From Octopus vulgaris (taxonomy: Eukaryota), in the NCBI GenBank assembly GCA_951406725.2, contig OX597815.1, forward strand, positions 149,668,001 to 149,732,000: a stretch of DNA of 64,000 nucleotides. Reading direction: 5' to 3'. Every line of letters starts with the position of its first letter. The first letter of the stretch is position 1. The position numbers and the translations under genes were made by a program. This document shows positions 13,041-27,230 of the stretch, in pieces. The notes beneath the pieces were generated by a model, which worked only from the letters and a program-made list of their open reading frames with translations, did no database searches and was not told where the DNA came from.

Positions 13041-13054
13041 ACAATATCTGTGAG

Positions 13055-13277
13055 GTGTTTAGTAAGCGAAAAAACCTAAATCTCTCCGATGCTACGGTGG
13101 AGGATGGGGGTGGCGAATCCTGCTGTACTATTTCGCCACAACTTTCTCTCACTCTTTCTTCTGTTGGCCTGCTCGCTTAGCGAACGGGGTGGCGTCATTT
13201 GAAGGCTAAAACAATGCGAAGCGAATTGTGACCAGCTATGTGTAGCAACATCTGATAGCCTGGTCGGTCACGGTGAT
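13055..13277 (+). mobile_element. SINE family 2, 5'-truncated
   Basis: Homology to 4358-4656. Confidence 0.85.
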
Positions 13278-13289
13278 ATATATATAAAA

Positions 13290-13630
13290 GGAGGAGGAGA
13301 CCCCTTTGGTCATAAATGACCATGTGATTGCACCTAGAAGGTTACCCACCGAGGTACAAGTCAGGGCAAGTTTGTTTGTGGAAGGTTAGCAGTCACCTAT
13401 GCATATCAGCCTCCCTTCTCCACACCACTGATGTTATACCAGGGAATTGCAAAAGCCGATACAGCTTGGCACCAGTGATGTCGCAACTCATTTCTACAGC
13501 TGAGTTAACTGGAGCAATGTGAAATAAAGTGTCTGGCTCAAGAGCACAGCACACAACCCGATCCGGGAAACGAACTTACAACCTCACGATCGTAAGCTCT
13601 ATGCTCTATCCACTGAACCATTCGCCTTCA
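13290..13630 (-). mobile_element. tRNA-derived SINE, family 4
   Basis: Minus head gaaggcgaatggttcagtgg..gttcgtttccc; body ttgagccagacactttatttcac. Confidence 0.8.
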
Positions 13631-13631
13631 C

Positions 13632-13757
<126 letters not shown>

Positions 13758-15633
13758 TATGAATAACATATATGGTAGAATTTGTGTTCGTACGTAAGCG
13801 GGTGGTTGACTGTATCTCTTCACAAGAAAGCATATTCATACAATTATGCGTTAATGTGTGTAGTGTGTGGTGTGTGTGTGCGTCTGTGTGCGTGTGTGTA
13901 TGTGTGTGCTTTAGATATGGCCAAAAACGTATGTGCATGTTTTAATTTGTTCGCAAATGTCTGAAAACGAATATGTTTTGAGCAGAACCTCCCGACTGAG
14001 TAGAAAACCCGAAAAACTAATAACGTATTGCTAATATAATTTCCTTAGAGATAGCTGTGTTTGATGAACGTTTCATTGGTAGGCAGCGACTTCAAAAGTC
14101 ATTATAGAAAACTTTCTGCATTAGTTTGCAAAAGTAAGTTAATTGCCCATTGCCCTTTTAGGTACTTATTATTGGAGCTGTCATCGTTGAACTAATGGAA
14201 GTATTCCCAGTATGTTAAAACAAGGAAATCAGAAAACTTCTTATCCAATATTTGTGCACTGGCTCGCAATATTGACTTTGAATGGTTTCTCTGAGTAAAT
14301 ATTAACACTGGCTTGAAAATTGACAAAACAGGTAATCTCCCTTGAAATAGGCATGACGTTAATAAGCATGATGTCTCTTATATCCCCATATTGCCGTACG
14401 TTTTCTTATATTCTTTGCTTGCTAAGTTAACCGGTGTTACTGACAGAAGAATGGATTTTTATCATGTGTTCCTGAAAGCGTTATTCCAATTTCCGCAATT
14501 GGAATATTGAAATGAATTGTCCCTGAATTAGAATCTCAGAAACTACATACATGCATACAATGAGGTGCGTCCCTCTCTATAAATTTGCACTTGATAGATG
14601 CTTCCAGGCGTCTTTATGCCTAAGTAGGACTCTGTTCTAACAATGATACGAAAGCTGCTTTCTAGAATAATTACAAACGATTTTTTTTTTATATATATTT
14701 CAATGCAGGTAATAATTATGTAAGTACTTCCCCCGAAGAGTTCTAATTATACACATTCCTATTGCTATTACCATTTGACATAAAAACTCCCGCACCGCCA
14801 TTTTTTTTCCAAAATCTTAATAATTTTACCCTAAAAATGCTATCCATCTTCCTTTTTTTATAAACAGTCTATATATATTTTGAAGGAATTCTGTCCGCTA
14901 ACATCAATGAATCGCAGTTATTTTAGCTCCAAATATTAAATATATTATACCCTATCAAATTTGTGTAAGCTATGAACAAATTTTATTTGAGGTTTATTAC
15001 CCAAACATATTGTCTTAATGATATTGCTCCATCGCTTGCGAATGATATTCCTTAATAAACTATCTTCTGACTCACAACATTAAGAACGTTTTCCTCGATT
15101 TCCAACATGATGCAGAAAATTTCCCTAGGTAGTCTTCCATTAACTTACATTGTCACACTAGTCTATATTCATAGAACCAAATTCCTCGTGTCTTCCAGCC
15201 ATATGAGAACTGGCAGTTAATACACACATGCTAAATTTTCACCATACTGCAAAAAGTTCAAATTCACTTACCACTGGATGTTTCCATTCGTCGTTTGATT
15301 AATCTGCATTACGTAGATCATTTCTTTATTTTTCTTGATTAGAATTAATAATTGAGTAAATAATACGTTTTATCCCTACTACAGATGCAATATTAATTTA
15401 GTGCACAAATGTAATTAGCCTACTATGATTAAGCAAGTTCCAATGTAGTAGCTCTTTGTAATTTATCCCAATCATTATTCAAATTTGGAGAGATCAGTGG
15501 CAAATGATGATCAGTGGCATACCACATGTTAGATCGTAGAACCTATCCGTTTCACGGTTTTTGATGCTTTTAACACAATTCTCCGAATATTAGGGTGATA
15601 CAGCATATTAATGTGTTGCCTTTCTTTTAAGTA

Positions 15634-16915
15634 TCAGGTCATCCCATAAGTTCTGACAAAAATTTTGAATAAAGAAAACAAGTGATTAAATGTTATATTT
15701 AATTGAAATTTAATCATCAATGTACTTGCCCTGATTATCTATGACTTCCTTCCATTTATTTACAAACTTTTTAATCCCATCATTGTAAAACTCTTTTGGT
15801 TTCAAAGCGAAGCACTCTGAAATGTCAGTTTCGACCTGCTCCTGGCTTGCAGAAGTTATGTCCCCAAATGATTCTGTAAACTACGAAACAAATGATAGTC
15901 TGAAGGAGCAAGGTTGGAAGAATTAGGTGGATGAGGAATTTTGTCACAACCAAGCTCCTCGATCTTCTGTGATGTGAACTTTGCAGTGTTGGGTTGCGTA
16001 TTGTCCTGATGAAACATCACTTCTTTTCCATGCACTAAAGCGGGTCTTTTTTTCTTGAAAGCTTGGTTCAAACGCGCTAATTGTTGACAATAGACTTGAA
16101 CATTTATTGTTGCATTAAGTAGTAACAATTGAAAGGGAATTACTCATTTGCAATACCACCAGATAGAAAAAAACTTTTTTTTCCCCACGAAGTTCCCTTC
16201 TCTGTTGTGATTGAGCTTTTTCCCTTTTACCAAGTCACTGTTTACGACGTTTAACATTTCGATAGAAGGTCCCTTTTCCACCACCAGTCATAAGTCTATC
16301 CAAAAAGGGTGAAATGAGTTCGTGAGAATGGAGAGAAGAGCAGATGTCAACTCAGGATTTGCGGTTGCTTTTGGACAATTCATGAGGCACCCATTTTCCA
16401 AGTTTAGGAACCTTTCCAAGTTGTTGAAGATGACAATGAACAGTTGTATGGTTTGAACTAAGCTTTATTGCCAATTCTTCAACTGATAATGCAGGATTTT
16501 CTTCAAGTAATGCTTCAAGGAGCTTATCATCAAACTCAGTAGTATGTCCTGTTCGATCTTCAGGTTCAAGGCTGAAATCTCCACTTCTGAATTTTGCAAA
16601 CCATCTTCTGCAAGCTCTGTCATTCAAGCATTCTGTCCCTTAAACTGAGTGTATGTTTCGAGTCGCTTCGGCTGCAGAGTTTCCTTTTGTGTACACATAA
16701 AGCATTATGTGTCTTAAATGCTCTTTAGATACTTCCCTGTTAGAAAGGGTTTTAATCAAAGAAATTTTAATTCTATTATTCTGAAACATAATATTTAATT
16801 AGTTTAAATGTACACAAATGCATAAAAATGAATTTTAATTCCATTATACATTCTAAAATAGCATTAAATTTCATTCACTTTTTAAAAATCGGACGGAACT
16901 TATGGGATGACCTGC
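15634..16915 (-). mobile_element. Full-length mariner transposon (1282 bp), dead transposase at ~15710-16739
   Basis: TIRs caggtcatcccataagttc at both ends; TA TSD at 15632-33 and 16916-17; WVPHEL, FHQDN, LAPSDYHLF motifs; start codon mutated, stops present. Confidence 0.95.
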
Positions 16916-17004
16916 TAGCTTGGTTCTGTACTCATGACCTTTGCGACTTTCTGAACCCAATGAAATTTATACTGTTTATGAACCACTTGAAATTTTGCGT
17001 TTCG

Positions 17005-17372
17005 TGGCATCAATTTTGAAGTCCACCCAAGACTTTGCCTCCGTACTATCCGCCCACTACAAAAATCGAACTCAAGACACATAATAATATTACGACGCAA
17101 CTACTTTACCTCAATCGTTCCAGCTCTTTTTAATACTATACTAAAATACGTCAAAGCAGAAACGGAACCCATAAAATTCAATAGTTATCAGGACAAATTT
17201 CTCCAAAATATCCTGAACCAACCTCCTACACCCGGATATGCCTCCAGCAATAATAGATCTTTGTTAGAGTGGTGCATGGTGCCCTATATAAGACTAAAAT
17301 ACTTCCCTATGTGGTGCTATTATGTTAGACATGACCTAGGTCTATACTGGCCGAAACCTATCAAAGTTACAA
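17005..17372 (+). mobile_element. CR1-clade LINE 3' end
   Basis: GINFEVHPRL...RNYFTSIVPALFN...DKFLQNILNQPPTPGY..NNRSLLEW, then a 3' UTR ending ggccgaaacctatcaaag. Confidence 0.75.
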
Positions 17373-17756
17373 TGAAAACGTGAACAGAATAGACTGTTAA
17401 GAAGGATTTCTTTGCAAGGAAGATCTGGGTATATTGGTAACTATAGGACCTTGAATGAATATACAGAGGATGGCTGTTGAGAGAAAGGGAGATTGGTTAG
17501 CTGGGTGAGCTAAATAGTAAGTGTATCGTCAGCTCTGATGAACCGAGGTCACTATAAGTGCAGTATGCGATGCAGAGAGAAAGGACAGTAACAGTATTCA
17601 TATGTGTCAGATGTAAGAACGTGTCTACGAGCAACATTATTTCCATGAGTCGAGCGGTAGCGACCACATGAACTGTCGTTTTCCATTGCATGTTCATCTA
17701 CCAATATTGGATGTTCCTGCAAACTCACTGCTGTTAACCACCAACCTCACCCTTTT

Positions 17757-17967
17757 TTTTACTTGTTTCAGTCATTTGACTGCGGCCATGCTAGAGCACC
17801 GCCTTTTAGTCGAGCAAATCGACCCCGGAACTTATTCTTTGTAAGCCCAGTACTTATCCTATCGGTCTATTTTGGCGAACCGCTAAGTGACGGGGACGTA
17901 AACACACCAGCATTGGTTGTCAAGCAATGCTTGGGGGACAAACACAGACAGAAAAACACACACAAAT

Positions 17968-18048
<81 letters not shown>

Positions 18049-18213
18049 TACGACAGGCTTCTTCCAGTTTCCGTCTACCAAATCCACTCACAAGGCATTG
18101 GTCGGCCCGGGGCTATAGCAGACGACACTTTCCAAGATGCCACGCAGTGGGACTGAACCCGGAACCATGTGGTTGGTTAGCAATCTACTTGCCACACAGC
18201 CACGTATGCGCCT
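17757..18213 (-). mobile_element. SINE family 1 with internal (TA)n/(TG)n
   Basis: Full head-to-tail homology to 37110-37817 and 58104-58520. Confidence 0.9.
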
Positions 18214-18799
18214 ATATTTTATTATTTTCAATGTTCAATGTGAATTTTACTTCAAGATATAATCTTCGGAGTTCATTATCAAATTTGCCTCAAGCTTCGG
18301 ATTTTTTCTCTGTCAGAAGCCTTCTTAAAGGAAGAGATTTAATTCTACACCGGGAAATTACGTATTCTTTTTAGCAGATCATAACATTCTGTAGAAATGT
18401 TTACATATGTATGGTCGTTCGTATAATTCAATTTGTTGTATGAGACGTGTTCAATCAGTTTATCGAACACCCGTTCATTCTATCAGATTATGTGAATTAC
18501 CACTCAGTCTGAATCAGAAAATATGTCATCATTAACCTCTTTGTAGTTATCCTCGTCCTCGTTTTCATCTTCATAATCAGTAACATCATCTAACGTTTCC
18601 ATACTATATTATTTCATAATGCTGATCAACGAACTGAAAAATGATCCTCCATACAATGCAGATTATTTACGTTCAGGCACTGAATGCAACCTAACATCAA
18701 CAGCAGCAACAACATCAAGAAAACAACTACAAAAACAACAGCAAAAATAAATAAAGATAATTTTCTGATGGTGTGAAATGAGTCTAACATAGATAGAAT

Positions 18800-19110
18800 T
18801 TATTTGTTTCAGTGATGGATGTGCGGCCATTATGGGGCACCAGCCCCATTAGTCATTCTTTGATGTCTGGTATTAATTTCTTGTCTATTTTGTCAAACCG
18901 CTAGCTTATGGAAGCTTATTTACATTATTTGCATGCACTGGTTGTTAAGCAGAAGCACCAAGACACACATTTAACATATATATTTCCAGGAGTTTCCCTC
19001 TACCAAATTCACCCACACAGCATTGTTCGGCCAGGAAAAATAGTGGACGCCATTTGCTACGAAACCGTGCAGTAGAAGTCAATTCGAAACCACGAAGTTA
19101 GAAAGAGAGC
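18800..19110 (-). mobile_element. Old degenerate SINE family 1 copy
   Basis: ttgtttcagtga..tgcggccat..caaaccgctag..ctaccaaattcac remnants. Confidence 0.6.
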
Positions 19111-19309
19111 TTCTCAATGCAACTAAGTTTGTAATATCTTACAATGCTCAAGACTCGCGAGACATTCATTCGTTCTGTAATACAAAATCCAGTCTTATCT
19201 TACTATGCACTGCGCAACGCAGTGTAACTTGTCATTATGCAAAGTGAAATTGTTAAAATTGATAAGAATGTTTTAATTTGGCCTCAATTAACTGGAGAAT
19301 TAAATGGAA

Positions 19310-19570
19310 GTATATCGTTCCGCCGAAACGCTAAGTTATACGGACTTAAATAAATCTTCACTGGTTATTAAGAACTGGGAGACAAAAACCGCCTCTATTC
19401 ATGCAAGCACACATACGCAAACAGAAACATATATGAAGGGTTTCTTTACAGTTTCCTTTGGCCAATTTTCTCCACAAGCAAATGGTTGTTTCACGGTTAA
19501 AGTAAAAGACAATTTCAAGTTTTCAGGTAGTGGGATTGAAACTGATTCCATGCAGTTGCTAAGCAAATAT
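19310..19570 (-). mobile_element. Old degenerate SINE family 1 copy
   Basis: gccgaaacgctaagttatacggac..cagtttcc..ccacaagc remnants. Confidence 0.5.
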
Positions 19571-19607
19571 GTAAATATTTTTTTCTTTCCATCTCTGTAA
19601 AACTTGT

Positions 19608-19810
19608 GAATGCGTGTGGCTTGATAGTTGAGGTGTTCGACAAATGATTGTAACACCTTGGTTTCGATTTCCTGACCGGGCCTCGTGTTGTGTTCTTGAT
19701 CAAAACCACTTCATTTCCCGTTGTTCCAGTCCATTCAGCTGGAAAGGGGTGTCAGCAATAGCTGGGAAGTTAACCTTGTAAGAGAACATCTTCCCGTTCC
19801 AGGGGAAAGG
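19608..19810 (+). mobile_element. Degenerate tRNA SINE, family 3
   Basis: ggtttcgatttcc..gttgtgttcttgatcaaaaccacttcatttc; homologous to 62032-62282. Confidence 0.65.
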
Positions 19811-20169
19811 ATATTTTCTTAATCATTTATTTGTCATGAGAACAGTGCAAATTTCCGCCGTTATTATTCTTTAGGCATATGACAGATTTCAGAATCTCGG
19901 TAAATGAGATTATCTAAATCATTTCAATCGTATTAAGGAAATCTCATCTGTTTCAGATATTTCAGTATTTCCTTCCCAGTCTATTTTATCTTTTCCTCTT
20001 TCATATCCACGGTATAGTTCTAACATCACACTCCATTTCTGCATCAATCAAAGCCAAATATAACAAAATACCTACTGCTCAATAATATGTCATTTCCCTA
20101 TAATTACATAATCATGTAAACACAAATACCAGAAAGAGAATTCAATCACAGACTCAGTGTGCAATCGTC

Positions 20170-20420
20170 ACACGTAATGACATAAACATGTTTCAAGATA
20201 AGTCGAAATCAATCTTTGACAGTTGGGAAATTGCATTTTGTAGCTCTTCGCACTTTACTAGAATAACTGCGGACTTATAGACAGGGAGCCACTGTAATGA
20301 ATGGGAATCAACTATGTTATTATTAGTAGAATGGACATTAAATAATTGAATTGCGGACACATAATAAAAACTTCAATTTAGGAACACTTCTGAAACCATT
20401 GTAATCTATCAATCATGTAT
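20170..20420 (+). repeat. Unclassified ~250-bp dispersed repeat, second copy at ~24065-24330
   Basis: aatgacataaacatgttt..gataagtcga.atcaatctt..gacagttg..aattgcattttg..gtaatgaat.gg..ataattgaatt..ccattgta in both. Confidence 0.7.
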
Positions 20421-20455
20421 ATTTGTGTATCTATGTAAAGACGTATACAACAAAA

Positions 20456-20540
<85 letters not shown>

Positions 20541-20854
20541 TAATAATAATAATGATAAAAATAATAATAATAAAAGATACAAAATCTAACCATAAAGATT
20601 TATATATGAGGTGTTGACATAGCTGCGTGGTTACATGATTAAGAGGTTCATTTATCATTACGAGACACTGGGTTCGATCACTCTGCGAAGAAAATTGATT
20701 GTTTGGATAACTAAAATTATGGTTTCGAAGTGCAAAATATTTTACACAATCTGTACGGTGAAGCATCTTATATATATATGTGTGTGGTGGGAAGGGTGCG
20801 TTTGCTCGTGTAAATGTAAGCGTATGTAGGTATTTACTTAGATAAGTGTATACA

Positions 20855-21270
20855 GGGGAAGACGTGGCGGTGTGATAAAAAGCATGGTTCCGGGTTCAAT
20901 CCCACTGCGTGGCACCCTGGGCTAGTGTCTTCTACTGTAACCTCGGCAGGGGGGTGGACCAAAGCCTTCAGAGTGGATTAGGTAGACAGAAACTGAAAGA
21001 AGCCCATTGTATGCATATATATATATATATATTTGTGTGTATGTATATGTATATATTTGTGTGTATGTCTGTGTTTATTCCCTACCATCGCTTGACAAAC
21101 GATGCTGGTGTGTTTACGTCTGCGTAACCTAGCGGCTCGGCAAGAGATTCCGATAGAATAAGTACCAGGCTTACAAAGAATAAGTTCTAGGGTAGATTGG
21201 TTCGAAAAAGGCGGTGCTCCAGCATGACTGCAGTCAAATGACTGGAACAAATAAAAGAATGAAAGAAAGA
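20855..21270 (+). mobile_element. SINE family 1
   Basis: ggttccgggttcaatcccactgcgtggcacc...caaatgactggaacaaataaaaga. Confidence 0.9.
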
Positions 21271-21318
21271 AAGAAAAATATATTTTCATAGACATACAGA
21301 CATATGTATGTCTATATA

Positions 21319-21349
<31 letters not shown>

Positions 21350-21353
21350 AGAT

Positions 21354-21451
<98 letters not shown>

Positions 21452-21991
21452 CATCCCTTCTTATATTTATAAATAATTTCACGTATTTTGCTTGTTTAAG
21501 TAGTGTCTGGTCACTCCGAACGAAAATTTGGTGGGGGGGAATTGTAGTAGTAGTAGTTAGCTGGCAGACTTTGGATGAAGAGAAACAATCACCTATTTGG
21601 CGCTAATTTCGAAACCTGTACCATGTTGACCTGTGGTACTTGTGCTGATTTAGCAGACGTTTTTAATGTTCACAGGAACTTTTTCCTCCCAGGATACGTA
21701 GATACACATACACCCACACAACACGTGCGTGAATTTGTGTCACCGTGTGAAAACTTTAACAAATCAAGATGCTTCTCTTGGCGAAAACATTCTCGATATT
21801 TATTCTTCTGTTATGCCTTTTGACACAGAAACCTCCGTGTTTTCGTTGGCTATGTGAAATTAAACCCATGGATTAACTCGTGGAAAGAACTATATAAAAC
21901 ACACACATACAAATGTGTGCTTACACGAGTGTGTTATTTTTTCTGTGTCTTAGTGTGTATATATATATTTTATATACAATAACTATGTTCT

Positions 21992-22098
<107 letters not shown>

Positions 22099-22273
22099 TC
22101 CAAGAAAGTTAGAGTTTGTGAATACAACCAACTAAGGGATAATATCTATCCAATATGTTGCTTGTTGAATGCCCAATTATTAATAAACAAGTGTTTTGTT
22201 TTATTGCATTGAAATTACATTGTCGAGTGTAATAAATGGGTGAGGGTAAAGATTTATTTTAACATTAATTTAT

Positions 22274-22654
22274 AGAGCAGTAAGAAAATGGAGGGAATCA
22301 ATAGGTGGTATTCATCATGTTTTTGACATTATAATATGTCAATTTCTTTATTCATTTACTAAAATGACAATTGCAACAATATACCTACATGTATAACATA
22401 TTCTGCTTTACATATATAATATAAAGATATCACTAATTATTAGAATATATAACATACAGAAATTATTCCTCTGTTATATATTTTAATAATTACTGATGTC
22501 TTTATGTATTTTATATATTATATATGTAAAGCATAATATACATGGATGTATATTGTTGTAATTTTCATTTTACTAAATAAATAAAGAGACATAATATAAT
22601 GTCTAAAAGTTGATGAATACAACCTATTGAGCCCCTCCATTTTCTTACTGCTCT
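22274..22654. mobile_element. Foldback element, ~180-bp diverged inverted arms, 17-nt spacer
   Basis: agagcagtaagaaaatggagg... vs ...cctccattttcttactgctct; AATAAA outward in both arms. Confidence 0.8.
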
Positions 22655-22704
22655 CTCCCTCTCTCTCTCTCTAAATATATATATATTTATTTATAGAAGT
22701 GTGT

Positions 22705-23060
22705 ATTTACGATGGCTAGGGATTCAGTTTATCCGATCAACGGAACAGCCTGATCGTGAAATTATCTTGCAAGTGGCTGAGCACTCCACAGTCACGTAGT
22801 TCTCGGGGAGATTCAGCGTGACAAATATTGTGACAAGGCTGGCCCTTTAAAATAGAGGTACAACAGAAACAGGAAGTAAGAGTGAGAAAAAGTTATCATG
22901 AAAGAGTGCAGCAGGTTTCGCCACCCCGCTGCTGCAGAAGCATCGCGTAGCCTTAGGTGATTTTGCTTTCGAAACGCTCACAACGCCCGGTCTGGGAATC
23001 GAAACCACGATCATGCGACCGTGACTCCGTTGCCCTAATGTCTGGGCAATTGTGTCTCCA
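22705..23060 (-). mobile_element. SINE with family-2 head and an alternative 3' tail
   Basis: Head ggagacacaattgcccag..ggtttcgattcccagaccgggcgttg; tail differs from the 4358 copy. Confidence 0.8.
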
Positions 23061-23108
23061 CACACACACATACACACATATATATATATATATATATATG
23101 TATATACG

Positions 23109-23634
<526 letters not shown>

Positions 23635-25194
23635 CATATATATGTATTTATGTATGTCTGTATACCTACTACCCTCATATTCTATCAACACCACAAATAC
23701 TTGCAGAAATAATAAGCTTAAAACACATAGACCGTTATAACCATAGAAGTGCATAAATTCTCTCAATTGTTTTACTCATATATTTTTTTTATTTTCATGT
23801 TTTGCATTTATACGTATTGAGGTCAGTTCGAATGTTGGAATTTGGCCACAAGCTTTGACAGTAATTGGTAAGAAGTAATAGGATAATGTGTTAAAGTATT
23901 AATTTGGTTGATATAACGTTTCTCTCGTGTTATTCACTGCCGATTACTTAGCGCAATATTTTGGCTGCAAGTCAACGTAAATTCACTTAAAATGTGATTA
24001 AAGTATGTCTTGCATTTGGTCGTTGTTGCTGTAACAAAATCTATTAACCTTCTCTTTCAACGTACATAATGACATAAACATGTTTAGAGATAAGTCGACA
24101 TCAATCTTGGATCTGATGCTCAGAGTTCTGTTGACAGTTGTGCAATTGCATTTTGGGAAATATTCACGGTTTTACAAGAATTAAAGTGGATTTATAGATT
24201 TGCTACAGCCGTAATGAATTGGATTCGATTTATTAGGGCTTCCACAATCGATAATTGAATTCCAGTCATATAGTAAAATCATTTATTTGAGAAGACTTTC
24301 TTAACCCATTGTATCAAATCAATGAGGTATATATCTAATATAAGATGCCAAGAACCTTATATTGGATAAAGTAAGTATTGATGGGCGTAGGGAAGATGTA
24401 TACATTAGATAAGGGGTAATATATAAAATATTAAGCTTCACTTTCAATTACTAGTTAATGTCTCTCGAAGAATATGCATTGCTTCTCAGAAATACTTCTA
24501 TTACAACATACTTTAATTTCCTGTTAATTCTACTACAGGAAAATACAACAAATATAAACTGAACAGATAATAGTAAAACTAAAGTAACATCTACCTAAGT
24601 GAACATGACTTCTGTAATGCAGTCCTGGTTATACGGAAAAGGATTGGGGAGACAAATTATTCTGACTTGTTTACCAGACTGTTCTCATTTGCAGGTTTAG
24701 AGCTGTTCCTACATTTGCAAGCGGAAATTACAATGCTGTGTATATTTTAATTATAGCTATGTGTGCTGGAATTTTCAGTGAATAACCTCCTTGTTGTCAA
24801 CAACGTCGTGCTGGTAATTCTCTATCGAATGATAACCCCTTGGTTATTTGTGAAATACATGTTCTTTGTTGTTTAATCTTGAGAAAAGTGCCGCGCCTAT
24901 AATATTCACACTAATCCTAACCTGAAACAATTGAGGAAGAGTATGTTGGGGTTTGGTTTGAACATCTGTTGATCGATGGCTTCCGGGAAAAGATGTTTGG
25001 ACGGCAACGAACACGGCATTTGGTGTGTCTGATGAGAATGTATGAAAATTATGTTCGCTGTATGAAATATCATATACGTTGCGTAATCTAAATATTATTG
25101 ACTTCCAATTTTAAGATAAGGCTAGCTATTTCGAGGAGGGAGTACTCGTGGCCCTGTGTAACCTAAATATTATTGGTACTTTATTATATGTACT

Positions 25195-25436
25195 CTTTTA
25201 ATTTTTTCAGTCATTTGGCTGTGGCTATGCTGGATCACCACATTTAGTCGACCAAATCGACCCCAGGACTTATTCATTGCAAGCCTAGTACTTATTCTAT
25301 CGGTCTCTTTTGCTGAACCGCTGAATTACAGGGACGTGAGCACACGAACATAGGTTGTCAAGCGACGTTGAGGGACAACCACAGACACACAAACATATAC
25401 ACACACATACACACATACATACATACATATACACAC

Positions 25437-25469
<33 letters not shown>

Positions 25470-25647
25470 CTTATATATATATACTACAGGATTTTTTCAG
25501 TTTCCGTCTACCAAATCCACTCACAAGCCTTTGGACGGCCCGAGGCTATAGTAGAAGACACTTGCCCAAGGTGTCACGCAGTGGGACTGAACTCGGAACC
25601 ATGTGGTTCGTAAACAGGCTACTTGCCCCACAGCCACTCCTACGCCT
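25195..25647 (-). mobile_element. SINE family 1
   Basis: Homology to 17757-18213. Confidence 0.9.
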
Positions 25648-26719
25648 TATATGTTAATAAATATGTATGCATGTCCCTCCGAATATGTAAGTATATCTGT
25701 GTTTATCTCCAAAACATTTCAGTTTGCTAAAACATTTTTTATTAATTAAATACAAAAAAATAGTCATAAAAGATCAAAAGTTCTTACTTCATTTTTTAAT
25801 AAATTTCGAACACGTTTCTTTATCGTAATACATATTGGGCTATGATGAGGGCCACATTAGATGCAACTGCTTACAACTCTTATAAAGCACAATATATGAC
25901 GAAGGTATTTCCTTCAATTTCGTGTCTACGTTATTTTACACTACTGTATTTCATAGTACATAGGAACTTGCTCATTAAAATCTTATGTCACTTTCTTGGC
26001 CATATATATCAATATATCTGTCACTTTACTAATTTACAGATGTGCTGAAATACTCGAAGCTACTTGATATAGAAGGCTTTACAGATCCATTGAAAACTAA
26101 ATGCTTCTGCTTGTAAAGTTGGGAAAATATTTTTCAAAATATTTCATGATTTCAGGAAAAGACAGCAGCTGTTAATCTTAAACTCCTGGTTGCTACACAT
26201 CGAAGTAAAAATGGCTATTTCGAAAGGGTGAATATTGGCAAACGATAAAATGACGCTGTACAACACCATTAATCATTCCAAGCAAAATGTAAAATGGATG
26301 TTGTTCAATACACCGCCATATCTATGTCATACATTAGACTAATATTTACGACATTTGGCGTGTTTTTGTAGGAAGAGACATATGATTTTCATGCTAAATA
26401 GAAAGCTTTATTCAATGGCAAAGGCCGACGGGAGCCAAAAGCAGTAGACATTACATCAATATACGAGCAGCGTTTTTGAAAAACGATCGTATATTCAGTT
26501 AGTTGGTATAGTTCGTGAGTGTATCGAAATTTCTGAAAACCATAACAAATGGTTTGCATATATTTCTGATTTTCTCAGTTTGAAGCCGCATGAGTCTATA
26601 GGGAAACATGTGATAAAACATATTTGGAAAGAAGGGAAGCAGGCAGAGAGAATTGACACATTACTAACATACATTTGAATGAATTTTAAAATTCCTTCTA
26701 CATTTCTAATTTAACTACC

Positions 26720-26863
26720 GGGTAACTTAGCAGTTCGGAAAAAGAGACCGATAGAATACGTACTAGGCTTACAAAGAATAAATCCTGGGGTATATTTGTT
26801 GAAGTAAAGGCGATGCACCAGCATGACCACAGTCAAATGACTGAAACAAGTAACAGAATAAAA
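26720..26863 (+). mobile_element. SINE family 1, 3' fragment
   Basis: gtaacttagcagttcgg...tgactgaaacaagtaa. Confidence 0.85.
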
Positions 26864-26892
26864 GATAATATATATATATATATGTATATAAA

Positions 26893-27201
26893 TATCATGT
26901 GATCACGTGACCGACAAGTCTATCAGATATTGCTACACATCGTAGGTCACAATGCGCTTCGCATTGTTTTAGCCTTCAAATGATGCCACCCCGCTGGCTA
27001 AGCGAGCAGGCAAACAGAAGAAAGAGTGAGAGAAAGTTGAGGCGTAAGAGTACAGCAAGGATCGCCACCATCCCCTGCCGGAGCCTCGTGGAGTTATAAG
27101 TGTTTTCGCTCAATAAATACTCACAAAGCCCGGTCTGGCAATCGAAACCGCTATCGTACGATCGCGAGTCCGCTGCCCTAACCACTGGGACATGCGTCTC
27201 T
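26893..27201 (-). mobile_element. SINE family 2
   Basis: Homology to 4358-4656. Confidence 0.88.
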
Positions 27202-27230
27202 ACACACACACACGCATATATATATATATA

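Noticed and set aside
14040-15620. Unique-looking stretch, possible ancient transposase or host exons
   Set aside because: No ORF of 60 aa or more and no motif I can identify with confidence
21570-21625. GGATGAAGAGAAA...TTTCGAAACCTGTA
   Set aside because: Core 5' strand wrong, stem I absent, loop not palindromic
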